Source of the DNA: a virus
Virus record (IMG/VR): IMGVR_UViG_3300045988_160093
Strand: one strand, 5' to 3'
DNA: 64,000 nucleotides
The notes under the pieces were generated by a model. That model saw nothing but the letters and a program-made list of their open reading frames with translations. It was not told the DNA's origin and ran no database searches. A program made the translations under genes and the position numbers. Below are positions 8,615-16,840 of the stretch, in pieces. Each line of letters opens with the position of its first letter. Position 1 is the stretch's first letter.

Positions 8615-8949
8615 GCAGGCAAGTTATTATATGGCAATTCCTCATAACTGTTATCAGCTTCGATAACGGGTGGAATATCAACGCTCCTTCCAAGAACGGC
8701 AAGTTCATCAAGGTCGTGATTGATATGGTCTATACGCAGGTTGCCATTCTTGGGGATAATCAGCTTGCCGATTTCAATCATAGTTTTCAGATACATGTTC
8801 GGGCTACGCTGGCGGACATCTTCGAGCGCTTCTCTTATATTGTCACGCTCCTCGTTGAACAAGTCGTTGAGGAAATCCCTCGGCATTGCATAAGGTTCCT
8901 TCTTTTTCTTTCGGGTGATTTCATTTCGTGGTTCTTTGTCATTCATCAT
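8560..8949 (-). CDS. hypothetical protein
   Basis: ATG start; 11-nt overlap with the upstream gene. Confidence 0.5.
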   Translation of the reverse strand: MMNDKEPRNEITRKKKKEPYAMPRDFLNDLFNEERDNIREALEDVRQRSPNMYLKTMIEIGKLIIPKNGNLRIDHINHDLDELAVLGRSVDIPPVIEADNSYEELPYNNLPAHPSVTDTPKELFGDSEN

Positions 8950-9400
8950 CTTTGCCTTTCAAATAAGTTTTCCTGTAAAACCTGTGAAATCTCAGACTCT
9001 TCTCACGTTCAATCTCTTTCATTTTCTTGAACAATACAGGCATTGATTCAGGAGAAACGAAAAAAGACGGAGCAGGTTGCGTTATGGCAAACTGGGTGAG
9101 TTTATATAGAGACATTCCCAAGTATTCCGGTTTTTGGGAAAGTTCTATACAGGTCTCGTACAGCGCATCGAAGAGTGCTTTCCTGTAGGGGTTTGTATAA
9201 TTTTCCATCCTGTCCCCCTTAAAGTATTGCAGCATCCTCTGATATGCCTGGAAATGTGTAATGTAATATCTCGGAGCAGGGCTTTCTGCGGTCCTTATCC
9301 ATGCCTGCTTCTGTGTCGTACAGGTGGGCGCTACCCTCCTGTATGCTTTCATGAGGTCTATAAGCCTCTGTTCGGTAATGTCCTTGTCAAGTTTTGGCAT
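8939..9400 (-). CDS. hypothetical protein
   Basis: ATG start; co-directional operon. Confidence 0.5.
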   Translation of the reverse strand: MPKLDKDITEQRLIDLMKAYRRVAPTCTTQKQAWIRTAESPAPRYYITHFQAYQRMLQYFKGDRMENYTNPYRKALFDALYETCIELSQKPEYLGMSLYKLTQFAITQPAPSFFVSPESMPVLFKKMKEIEREKSLRFHRFYRKTYLKGKDDE

Positions 9401-9497
9401 ATGTATTCTCTTGCAAAATTAATAAATAAAGTCCGGTTGTCTGATTAAAGTCTCAGTTTTTAGAATGAGTTGTGTTTGTTGATTGGTAATACTCTTT

Positions 9498-9836
9498 TCA
9501 TCTATTGTCTCCACTGCCATGCAGCTTATTGCGCACCTGTCGGGAACGCAGCTTCGCATAATTCATCGAGGCAATATTTTCAAGCGTGTAGCCAAGATCG
9601 TGTGACAGCGTGGCGCAATACCACAGGACATCACCGATTTCCTTTGCTATTTCAAGCTTCTTTTCGGGTGTGAATTGGGAGTCATTGTCTCGCAATACCT
9701 TCTTCACTTTGTCTGCTACCTCGCCTGCCTCACCAGTCAATCCCAAAGCCGGGTATATAATCGGCTGAGGATATATCGCGGTTTCAAGGGCGAGGTTCTG
9801 GTAGTCATTCAATGTCATTTCGTGTATTTCTGTCAT
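9498..9836 (-). CDS. mazG: MazG-like nucleotide pyrophosphohydrolase
   Basis: LTGEAGEVADKVKK...EIGDVLWYCATL...NYAKL is the typical all-alpha NTP-PPase signature. Confidence 0.8.
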   Translation of the reverse strand: MTEIHEMTLNDYQNLALETAIYPQPIIYPALGLTGEAGEVADKVKKVLRDNDSQFTPEKKLEIAKEIGDVLWYCATLSHDLGYTLENIASMNYAKLRSRQVRNKLHGSGDNR

Positions 9837-9901
9837 ATACTTATTTATTTTAATTCCTAAATTTTATATAGATGTTCTGGATATTCTGGACGTTCTGGAT
9901 T

Positions 9902-10231
9902 TTAGATAAACTCGTCTTCCTTCATTAGGTCAATGTCCTCGTCGGTGGCGTCGTAGGAGACAAAGTGTGTGGGGACTTGCAGGTCCTTGTCGGACAAGGC
10001 TACGGTGTGGAGGACTACGGAACGGTCTTCGAGGATGTCCTGTATCATACCGAAGCGCGTTTCGTTTATTACTTCCGCCTCGACAAGTTTCCGTGCGGCG
10101 GTGAGGATGACGGAATGCAGCATTTCTGCTTCGGTGAAGGGTGCGTCCTGCTTTTGGAATGTGCAATACCAAGATGCCGGAGCCGTGAGGATATTCCACA
10201 TGGCTTTGAGTTTGTAAGTGAGTTTTTTCAT
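9902..10231 (-). CDS. hypothetical protein
   Basis: ATG start; the TAA stop is followed in frame by 14 sense codons (see findings). Confidence 0.5.
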   Translation of the reverse strand: MKKLTYKLKAMWNILTAPASWYCTFQKQDAPFTEAEMLHSVILTAARKLVEAEVINETRFGMIQDILEDRSVVLHTVALSDKDLQVPTHFVSYDATDEDIDLMKEDEFI

Positions 10232-10250
10232 TGTTTATGTTTTTTAGATG

Positions 10251-11279
10251 TTATATTTCTTTTATCAAGCTTATTATTTCTTCTTTGATGTTATCTACAA
10301 CTTTAATCAAACCTTTTACTTCATCACATTCTTCAATCAAAGACTTTTTGTATTCATCAGAACCTTTAACTATAATATGAATGTTGGCAGAAGTATTAAG
10401 ATAACAGATGCCATGTTCATCTTGTTTTGCAAGACAACTACATTTAGCATTTATATTATTAAAGCGAACTTTAATAACTCTATCAATAGTATCCTTGATT
10501 TCATTATATTTTATTCTGTTATCTCTCCACAACTCGTCAGGTAAGAAAGAATATTTGACGTCATCACATACAGATGTTGCTATTTCATCTTCTATAGAAG
10601 TAAGTCTATTTGCTATAAGCTTCTGTTTTGTATCTTCATCTGTAATTTCATGCAGACCGTTACCGTCATCATATATAAGTTTACTATAATCATGCCATTG
10701 ACCTTGTTGGTCTTTATAACCAATAACTTCTTGCACATCAAAGTCACCATGACTTTTGTCAGTAAGCCAATATTTTACATATACTTTAAATCGTTCAGAA
10801 GATGGTATATAAGGCATTGTAATTGGATAAAGTTTGTCAATGAAATTGGCAATACCACCTGAGAAAGTATCTGAAGGGTTTTCAGCATTAATACAATAAT
10901 ATCTGTCAATATCTGTATATTTAACATTACCTTTCAAATCTTTATAACGGAAAAGACTACTTCTACGAGGACATTGAATATGTGATTTAAGTCCACGTTT
11001 TCTAAGACTTTCATCGCTTTCAAGACTTTCACGTTTATCAATAAAGAAATCCTTATCTGTAATAGGTGACAATGGTATTTCATCAAGCAGTTTCTTAAGT
11101 ATATTCTTTGTTATACTGAAACTGTAACCACTATGTCCGTCATCCATTAAAGATTTATAAGCTTTGAGTGCTGATTGATAACATAAACAACCATAATCAA
11201 AACTTTTACCATCCCAATTAGGGTTTTCTCTTTTACATGCAGCAGCTATTTCTCTTTCTGCCCATTGTGTCATACTCAT
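10251..11279 (-). CDS. hypothetical protein (342 aa), visibly very AT-rich gene
   Basis: Clean ORF with ATG start; no motif recognised. Confidence 0.6.
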   Translation of the reverse strand: MSMTQWAEREIAAACKRENPNWDGKSFDYGCLCYQSALKAYKSLMDDGHSGYSFSITKNILKKLLDEIPLSPITDKDFFIDKRESLESDESLRKRGLKSHIQCPRRSSLFRYKDLKGNVKYTDIDRYYCINAENPSDTFSGGIANFIDKLYPITMPYIPSSERFKVYVKYWLTDKSHGDFDVQEVIGYKDQQGQWHDYSKLIYDDGNGLHEITDEDTKQKLIANRLTSIEDEIATSVCDDVKYSFLPDELWRDNRIKYNEIKDTIDRVIKVRFNNINAKCSCLAKQDEHGICYLNTSANIHIIVKGSDEYKKSLIEECDEVKGLIKVVDNIKEEIISLIKEI

Positions 11280-11282
11280 AAC

Positions 11283-11423
11283 TTACTTCTCCAGCTCTTT
11301 AAGCGACAATTCTAATAAACTTTTAATCTCTTTGTATGAATATTTACCTCCGTCTCCATACCACCATTCATCAGCCTCTTTTAAAGCGCCTTTGATATAC
11401 TCAACAGCTTTTTCTTTACTCAT
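11283..11423 (-). CDS. small hypothetical protein (46 aa)
   Basis: ATGA overlap with the stop of 11420-11821; not in the ORF track because it is under 60 aa. Confidence 0.4.
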   Translation of the reverse strand: MSKEKAVEYIKGALKEADEWWYGDGGKYSYKEIKSLLELSLKELEK

Positions 11424-11821
11424 TGCTTATCCTCCTCAATTTTTACACCGAATGGAGTACCATCAAGGAAGGTGACATCTTTAAACATTCTCCCTGAAGT
11501 AAACCATATTCCACGGCATTTTATATATTCTTTACTAAAACTAGCACCCATCATTTCAATGGGATAAAAAGAACACTTGTCTTTCACCCAACCAAATGGT
11601 ACATGCTTCTTCATCTCCTCAATACACTCTTCTGCATTAGCAAATGGGCGGTACTTAGGTTCTGGCTTTATGCGGTAATCGAAATCATCAACCTCAAATG
11701 TTGGATTATTGTCATCCCACCAAAGTGGTGTCTCGCCTGTAATGCATCTGCTTTGTATCGTCTTTCCTTCACTGAATGCCTGTATAAAAGGCAGAAGGGC
11801 TTTAGCTTGTTCTCTGTTCAT
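11420..11821 (-). CDS. hypothetical protein
   Basis: ATG start; operon context. Confidence 0.55.
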   Translation of the reverse strand: MNREQAKALLPFIQAFSEGKTIQSRCITGETPLWWDDNNPTFEVDDFDYRIKPEPKYRPFANAEECIEEMKKHVPFGWVKDKCSFYPIEMMGASFSKEYIKCRGIWFTSGRMFKDVTFLDGTPFGVKIEEDKQ

Positions 11822-11824
11822 ATT

Positions 11825-11977
11825 CTAATAATCATAAATTGTTACATACACACCATTACATCTAACATCTTCAATAGATATTTCATTTTTGAGGACTTCT
11901 ATGTCTATTTTAACAGGCAGTTCCCCGTATTTGTCTACTGATTTCTGCAATTCTTTTATTAGCTCTACGTTCGTCAT
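11825..11977 (-). CDS. small protein (50 aa), paralogue of 11981-12145
   Basis: Begins MTNVELIKELQKSVDKYGELPV; its neighbour begins MTNVELIKALLTTVENRGVLPV. Confidence 0.5.
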   Translation of the reverse strand: MTNVELIKELQKSVDKYGELPVKIDIEVLKNEISIEDVRCNGVYVTIYDY

Positions 11978-11980
11978 AAT

Positions 11981-12145
11981 TCAATAATTATAAAGTGTTA
12001 CATATTCATCATGGCATACAACATCTTTAACAGAATCTTCGTTTTCTGCATAATCTCTGAGTATTGCTGCGTCTATATAGACAGGAAGCACACCACGATT
12101 TTCTACTGTTGTCAGTAATGCTTTGATTAATTCTACATTTGTCAT
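11981..12145 (-). CDS. small protein (54 aa), paralogue of 11825-11977
   Basis: Shared N-terminus and a C-terminal V(T)xYxY motif with its neighbour. Confidence 0.5.
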   Translation of the reverse strand: MTNVELIKALLTTVENRGVLPVYIDAAILRDYAENEDSVKDVVCHDEYVTLYNY

Positions 12146-12149
12146 AATC

Positions 12150-12515
12150 TTAATCTTTTAAAGGATTATTAAAGGGCATCCAATAAAGCACACTTGGGAT
12201 ATTCCAACCACGGTAATGCTTTGTTGTTGTGGTATCTACGATGTGGGCAAAGGAGATTCTCCCTTCATCATTAAGGGCAATTACCTCCCTGTCCATTTCT
12301 GGAAGCCTGTCGTTGACTGAAATCCAAGAATTTGTTCCATAAGCAAACTCATCCTTGAGATTGTCAATTACCATTTCATCATTTGCATTTGACTGCTTTA
12401 TTATCTCAGTAAATGCCGTTGCCAAATTGTATGGCAGATTCTCATCCCTTGTTGGGACATTGAGTGTATGGGTTATGCCATTACTCTCAAAGGTTATTGT
12501 CAAGTTATCAATCAT
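12150..12515 (-). CDS. hypothetical protein with a DUF551-like C-terminus
   Basis: WISVNDRLPEMDREVIAL...VLYWMPFNNP resembles the DUF551 pattern (W..lPe...v.hWmp.P). Confidence 0.5.
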   Translation of the reverse strand: MIDNLTITFESNGITHTLNVPTRDENLPYNLATAFTEIIKQSNANDEMVIDNLKDEFAYGTNSWISVNDRLPEMDREVIALNDEGRISFAHIVDTTTTKHYRGWNIPSVLYWMPFNNPLKD

Positions 12516-12625
12516 TTGTTTTCTTGTCTGTTAATTTTACTACAATATTTCCCGTCACACCAGCTCTGTCTGCCTTGTGTGTATGCGCAGTTTGCGCAAA
12601 TTTGTTCGTTGCTTTGATTTCTCAT
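12512..12625 (-). CDS. small Cys-rich protein (37 aa)
   Basis: MRNQSNEQICANCAYTQGRQSWCDGKYCSK; ATGA overlap with the next gene. Confidence 0.4.
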   Translation of the reverse strand: MRNQSNEQICANCAYTQGRQSWCDGKYCSKINRQENK

Positions 12626-12636
12626 TTGTTTCGGTT

Positions 12637-12864
12637 TCATAGTTCTTCAATTTCTTTTTCGATTTTTTCTATGCATCTACTCACTGCCAAGATGAACTCA
12701 CTTTCTAAAATGTCGGGCATTATCAATCCTTCCCCTCCAATCCTTTTAGTCCATAAAAAAAGTTTCTCTTCCTTACAAGGTCTGTTAAGATAACGTGAAA
12801 TACTTTTAAGACCTTTCAAAGACCTGTTCAGTTCGACCGCTTTTTCAAATTCTTCTCTTGTCAT
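12637..12864 (-). CDS. hypothetical protein
   Basis: ATG start; operon context. Confidence 0.5.
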   Translation of the reverse strand: MTREEFEKAVELNRSLKGLKSISRYLNRPCKEEKLFLWTKRIGGEGLIMPDILESEFILAVSRCIEKIEKEIEEL

Positions 12865-12872
12865 ATTCTATT

Positions 12873-13337
12873 CTATTTTAGGTTCAACTTCTCCTGCCAT
12901 TCCTTGTCGTGGATGCTGCCGACCAACTCACAGTCCTCAAGTTTCTGTTGCGTGATTTCGTCAGAGATGCCGTCAGAAATGCCACGCACAGCGGATTTCG
13001 GGTTTTTGACACAGGTGAGCAGAAACATCGCCTCTTCATCACTCCACTCTATAATGCCGAAGTAATTATCACGCGCATCATCCTCCATGCAACTGAAGGG
13101 GTATTCGTCCGAGCGAAGAATATCCCCCTCATATATCTCCTTGCCGTTCTTGTCGAGGAAGCCGGTGAACTGGCAGACGGTGGTGGGGTCGATTTGATGT
13201 GCCCCGGTGAAACCAATTTTGCCTTCTTCTTCAACAAATCCCAATATGTTTAAATTACCATCAAGAGAATGGGCCAAATCACCTGAGACCCATTGTTCCT
13301 TACCTTTTCTCTTTGCCTTAAATTTAATTGTTCTCAT
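12873..13337 (-). CDS. YopX-family protein
   Basis: IKFKAK...TVCQFTGFLDKNGKEIYEGDIL...VGSIHD matches the YopX pattern. Confidence 0.75.
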   Translation of the reverse strand: MRTIKFKAKRKGKEQWVSGDLAHSLDGNLNILGFVEEEGKIGFTGAHQIDPTTVCQFTGFLDKNGKEIYEGDILRSDEYPFSCMEDDARDNYFGIIEWSDEEAMFLLTCVKNPKSAVRGISDGISDEITQQKLEDCELVGSIHDKEWQEKLNLK

Positions 13338-13713
13338 AGTTATTCTCTAAATTAAAGTCAAAATAAATTCCCAAACCAAAGAGTAAGTGTTGGAGTTGGT
13401 GAACATATTTTATTTTTGTTCTAAAAGCATCGAAAACAAAATAGTTGCCTTCAGGATATAGAAGACATGCTCCAACAAAGTCCTGTCCATCCCACTTCCA
13501 TCCGTTCTTCTCCAACATTTCATAAGTTAGGGGAATAGGCACTAAGTCTTGAGGTCTCACCTCCCTGAAGAAGTAAGCATCATCATATTCAATGTCTGGA
13601 TTATAATCATCATGATAATCCTTCACGAAGTAGTTGGTTCTGTAGGTTTCCTCAATCCTTGCCAACTTCCCTCTGTTTTTTACCCAGTCCCCTGCAATGT
13701 ATCTTTGTTCCAT
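13324..13713 (-). CDS. hypothetical protein
   Basis: ATG start; 14-nt overlap with the downstream gene. Confidence 0.5.
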   Translation of the reverse strand: MEQRYIAGDWVKNRGKLARIEETYRTNYFVKDYHDDYNPDIEYDDAYFFREVRPQDLVPIPLTYEMLEKNGWKWDGQDFVGACLLYPEGNYFVFDAFRTKIKYVHQLQHLLFGLGIYFDFNLENNYENN

Positions 13714-13727
13714 ACTATTCTTTTTTT

Positions 13728-14180
13728 TTAACGAAAATCCTCACTTTTTGAAAATCTTAATCCATCACTAATAAAATAGTAAGATGGGAGTGATTCCATA
13801 CCATCGTACAGTTTGCCATCAGTATTATACAAATAATCCGCTATCTCCTCATTGAGGAACTGGTCAAGACTGAACACTTCATTATTTTCATCGAAGATTA
13901 TCTTATCTTTCAAGAATTCCTTTATGCTTTCCAGATTGGCTTTAAAATACCTCCCATTGTGGTAGTTCCAAAGGAATTGACTACCATAGCCACGCTTCCC
14001 AAGATGCACCTTTTCTGGAATAATGTCTGAGATCATCTCGTTATATTTACTGTGCAATTTATGGAAATAGCAGGCTGTATCTACCTTATCTATAATCTCG
14101 ATGTATTCCCTAAGCAGTGACTTAATTTTGCTTTTCTGTCTCCTGCTGATTTTCTCGACACAAAAAAAGTTTGTTCCCAT
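13728..14180 (-). CDS. hypothetical protein
   Basis: ATG start; operon context. Confidence 0.5.
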   Translation of the reverse strand: MGTNFFCVEKISRRQKSKIKSLLREYIEIIDKVDTACYFHKLHSKYNEMISDIIPEKVHLGKRGYGSQFLWNYHNGRYFKANLESIKEFLKDKIIFDENNEVFSLDQFLNEEIADYLYNTDGKLYDGMESLPSYYFISDGLRFSKSEDFR

Positions 14181-14185
14181 AATGT

Positions 14186-14530
14186 TTATTGTTTGTTTTT
14201 ATTTGGCAATAGGTCTTCGATGTAGCACCATGTAAAATTCACCCCGGCACACTCGCAGAAGTTGTCCCATTGTATTTCCATGTCGAAATCTGCAAGGTCT
14301 ATATCCGTTGTAGTGTTGAAAAGATTGTAGCCTCCTACCGTGTTGTCCCATTCCAAGCCTTTGATGAGGATGATTTTTCCGCTTTCAGGAATTTCATCGT
14401 CGGTGTGCCAAAGGGCTTGCTTGAACCATGCAACACCATCCATGAAGGATATTCTCTCCATTTCCTCGTGGAATCCTTTATCTGGATTATACTTGTTGGC
14501 TGCTGTCATTATTGCTTTATCGTCAATCAT
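14186..14530 (-). CDS. hypothetical protein (weak DUF551-like WHTDDEIPESGKIILI)
   Basis: ATG start; operon context. Confidence 0.5.
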   Translation of the reverse strand: MIDDKAIMTAANKYNPDKGFHEEMERISFMDGVAWFKQALWHTDDEIPESGKIILIKGLEWDNTVGGYNLFNTTTDIDLADFDMEIQWDNFCECAGVNFTWCYIEDLLPNKNKQ

Positions 14531-14551
14531 AGTCAGTCTATCTATAAATTG

Positions 14552-14836
14552 TTAATACTTATGGCGATTCATCCATTTTTCCGCTTTCTTTCTTTCCATT
14601 CCGAGCCTCATTGCCTCACGTGAGAGAGTAAAGGATTTACAACCTTCGCAGATTTCCCATCGACTTTCTGCGATTTCATCTGTGAAGTGTTGCGTGTATT
14701 GTGGTTGTCGTGCGCATACAAAAACTTGGCGAGGAATATTGCAGTATTCATAATATGGCACTTGCTCGTCATAAGATTTATTATGTGCGCAGTTAAGTGA
14801 AACATATTCATATTTCTTTCGCTGTCTGCTATTCAT
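14552..14836 (-). CDS. Cys-rich hypothetical protein
   Basis: ATG start; several Cys pairs. Confidence 0.5.
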   Translation of the reverse strand: MNSRQRKKYEYVSLNCAHNKSYDEQVPYYEYCNIPRQVFVCARQPQYTQHFTDEIAESRWEICEGCKSFTLSREAMRLGMERKKAEKWMNRHKY

Positions 14837-14838
14837 AG

Positions 14839-15045
14839 TTACTCTCCTTTCTTTGCAAGCATTTCTACCACATCAAGCAAATAATCCAATGCCTTGGGGT
14901 ACATATCAAAGAAAAGTCCTTTTGCTCTTCCTGTGAAAAGATATATCACAGGAGAAATTATAAGAGCTATCGGTAGTCCAAAAATAAGGAATAATATTAT
15001 AGGAATCCAAAGCAGGATTACCAGTATTCTGTATAGTATTTTCAT
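14839..15045 (-). CDS. small two-TM membrane protein
   Basis: ILVILLWIPIILFLIFGLPIALIISPVIYLF. Confidence 0.5.
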   Translation of the reverse strand: MKILYRILVILLWIPIILFLIFGLPIALIISPVIYLFTGRAKGLFFDMYPKALDYLLDVVEMLAKKGE

Positions 15046-15055
15046 GATTATTTGT

Positions 15056-15511
15056 TTAGATAGTTATTTCGATGTCCTCTTTGAGAGTATAGATGAAGTT
15101 CTGTAGTTCGTGAACGAAGAATATCTCATATAACACTATTCCGTCATAAGATACTAAGTATTTTTTCGATATGGGATAATACCGAACTTCCGTACAATTA
15201 ATCTCATTTTCGTAAATGTACCATTCATAACCTTCTTCTTCTACACGGTGTCTGAACTCTTTAAATCCATTCTTTATAAGAAACTCTTTAGTGATTGGGA
15301 TGCCTTCGATTTCTTCGCACCACATCCCTGTTGGCGTATCTCCCTTTTCTCTATCAAGTTCCAACAAGGAGACGCATCCATTGAAGTTATCTGGAAATGA
15401 CAGTGCATCGTCTATGCCTACGACTTTACATATTGTTCCTTGGGGTATCGTGGAGTGGTCACTGCTGATTTTTACGAAATCTCCAATTCTTAGGTCTTCT
15501 GGTTTAATCAT
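15056..15511 (-). CDS. hypothetical protein
   Basis: ATG start; operon context. Confidence 0.55.
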   Translation of the reverse strand: MIKPEDLRIGDFVKISSDHSTIPQGTICKVVGIDDALSFPDNFNGCVSLLELDREKGDTPTGMWCEEIEGIPITKEFLIKNGFKEFRHRVEEEGYEWYIYENEINCTEVRYYPISKKYLVSYDGIVLYEIFFVHELQNFIYTLKEDIEITI

Positions 15512-15576
15512 TTTTTTAATCTTGTTTTACATTTAACTTAATTAAAGTTGCAGAATCTAACGTTTTCGTTAGTACT

Positions 15577-15608
15577 TTTGGCTATAAACCAAAGTTGTAC
15601 TAAATTTG
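15577..15608 (+). promoter_or_regulatory. Bacteroides-type promoter on the strand opposite to the surrounding operon
   Basis: TTTG at 15577-15580, 20-nt spacer, TAAATTTG at 15601-15608. Confidence 0.6.
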
Positions 15609-15612
15609 CAAC

Positions 15613-15815
15613 GTGATTTATTCAAGGAGTAACCTCCTTCTCGGCGGCAAAGCCACCGCTCTCCGTCCAATCTCCTTAGAGAAAAGACATTGCCCTTAGT
15701 CCTGTGCTGAGGGCTTTTTCGTTGTGTGTCGGCTTCATATGACGACTTCCGCAAGTAATTCAGCTTCGGATGCAGTAGCCGAGAAAGGAGGTTAATCTCC
15801 ACATGAATAAATCAC
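15613..15815. repeat. long-range inverted repeat (arms 15613-15645 and 15778-15815) enclosing about 132 nt
   Basis: Left arm GTGATTTATTCAAGGAGTAACCTCCTTCTCGGC versus reverse complement of the right arm GTGATTTATTCATGTGGAGATTAACCTCCTTTCTCGGC; the outer 12 nt are perfect. Confidence 0.85.
15692..15719 (+). terminator. intrinsic terminator/attenuator inside the inverted-repeat-bounded segment
   Basis: GCCCTTAG pairs with CTGAGGGC (one G-U), 7-nt loop, then TTTTT. Confidence 0.55.
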
Positions 15816-15922
15816 ACAAAGAGAGCGGAGTGAAAGAGGTATATTGTCGATACATTATACGGAACGGCAAGATATATTACCCTAAAAGGGCGAAGTTCTT
15901 TCACTTTTTCGTAAAGGCGTAA
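15803..15922 (+). CDS. candidate 39-aa basic peptide (MNKSHKESGVKEVYCRYIIRNGKIYYPKRAKFFHFFVKA)
   Basis: AAAGGAGG lies 9 nt upstream of the ATG; both the SD and the ATG lie inside the right IR arm; an 18-codon uORF at 15739-15795 ends 7 nt upstream. Confidence 0.35.
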   Translation: MNKSHKESGVKEVYCRYIIRNGKIYYPKRAKFFHFFVKA

Positions 15923-15943
15923 TCGATGCGTCTTAACTCTCGG

Positions 15944-15974
15944 GGAGGTGTGCCAGGAAACATCTCCTTTTTTT
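15944..15974 (+). terminator. intrinsic terminator closing the + strand unit
   Basis: GGAGGTGT pairs with ACATCTCC (one G-U), 8-nt loop, then T7. Confidence 0.65.
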
Positions 15975-16011
15975 GTTTGTCCTCCCCCTGCTGTCACCAA
16001 GGAGAGGATGG

Positions 16012-16206
16012 TTAGTTACTTTTTCTTCTCATCTCCTTTTCAAGCCGACGCTGGTAGGCTCTACGTTGTTGGCGAGTCATCTGAGTATAGGTTTCAAAGG
16101 AGTCTGGCTGAGTATCTTTATGTTGTTCAGTTTCCTCGCTAACCACAGGTCTATTCAATAGTTTAGCAAGTCTTCTAAGACTTTGTTTTGTTCTTTCCAA
16201 ATCCAT
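16012..16206 (-). CDS. hypothetical basic protein
   Basis: ATG start. Confidence 0.5.
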   Translation of the reverse strand: MDLERTKQSLRRLAKLLNRPVVSEETEQHKDTQPDSFETYTQMTRQQRRAYQRRLEKEMRRKSN

Positions 16207-16218
16207 ATTGATTACTTT

Positions 16219-16836
16219 TTAGTTGTTTTTTTTCTTCTTTTCGTCTGCGAGTATGCTTTCCACATACCTCACGACTCTTTCATATTCTCTGCCTGATTTT
16301 TCGCTGTCGGCATAGGCTTTTTTAATCAGTTCTTCGCCTGTTCCGTGGAAGCATCCGACACTCCATTTATTGTTAGAGCGTGTCCAGGTAAAATACCTTC
16401 CACTACTCCAGAAGTTCTTGAAGACTATGTAGTCTTTATTGTCACAGACTTTTGCATTTCTGATTTTTGCCTCACCATTAACATCAGCATAGCCACAGAC
16501 TATAGCATTATTAAAAATATCAGCATTATCGTAGACCAAAGCTTCGTCAAAGACCCTCGCATGGTCCCAAATCGTGGCATTACCAGAGACTTCTGCCTCA
16601 CCATAAACTTTTGCATTATCATAAACCCAAGCATTATCAGAGACTATAGCATCATCATAGACCATAGCATTACCATAAACCCAAGCATTATCAACTTGAG
16701 ATAGATTTTTCTCACTTTCTATCCAGCCGCCGAGTTCTCCTGCATTTATAATTCCAAAATCTCTCAGGGCTTTTATCCTATGTAACGTATGTCCTGCATA
16801 TTGTAGGGTTTCTGTAGTTAATTCATATTTCTTCAT
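16219..16836 (-). CDS. hexapeptide-repeat (left-handed beta-helix-like) protein with a distinct C-terminal domain
   Basis: About 13 consecutive [NDE]-A-x-[VI]-x-[GDN] hexads (NAWVYG NAMVYD DAIVSD NAWVYD NAKVYG ...). Confidence 0.7.
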   Translation of the reverse strand: MKKYELTTETLQYAGHTLHRIKALRDFGIINAGELGGWIESEKNLSQVDNAWVYGNAMVYDDAIVSDNAWVYDNAKVYGEAEVSGNATIWDHARVFDEALVYDNADIFNNAIVCGYADVNGEAKIRNAKVCDNKDYIVFKNFWSSGRYFTWTRSNNKWSVGCFHGTGEELIKKAYADSEKSGREYERVVRYVESILADEKKKKNN

Positions 16837-16840
16837 AGTG

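Noticed and set aside
15569-16000. Minus-strand ORFs of 77 and 62 aa, and a retron (msr-msd) reading of the long inverted repeat
   Set aside because: The ORFs are R/S/L-rich with no start context. No reverse transcriptase gene lies nearby, so a retron is unsupported.
16345-16704. Periodic nucleotide repeat that could be mistaken for a tandem repeat or CRISPR-like array
   Set aside because: It is the 18-nt periodicity of the hexapeptide-repeat coding sequence on the minus strand. There is no spacer/repeat structure. I saw no CRISPR array anywhere in the window.
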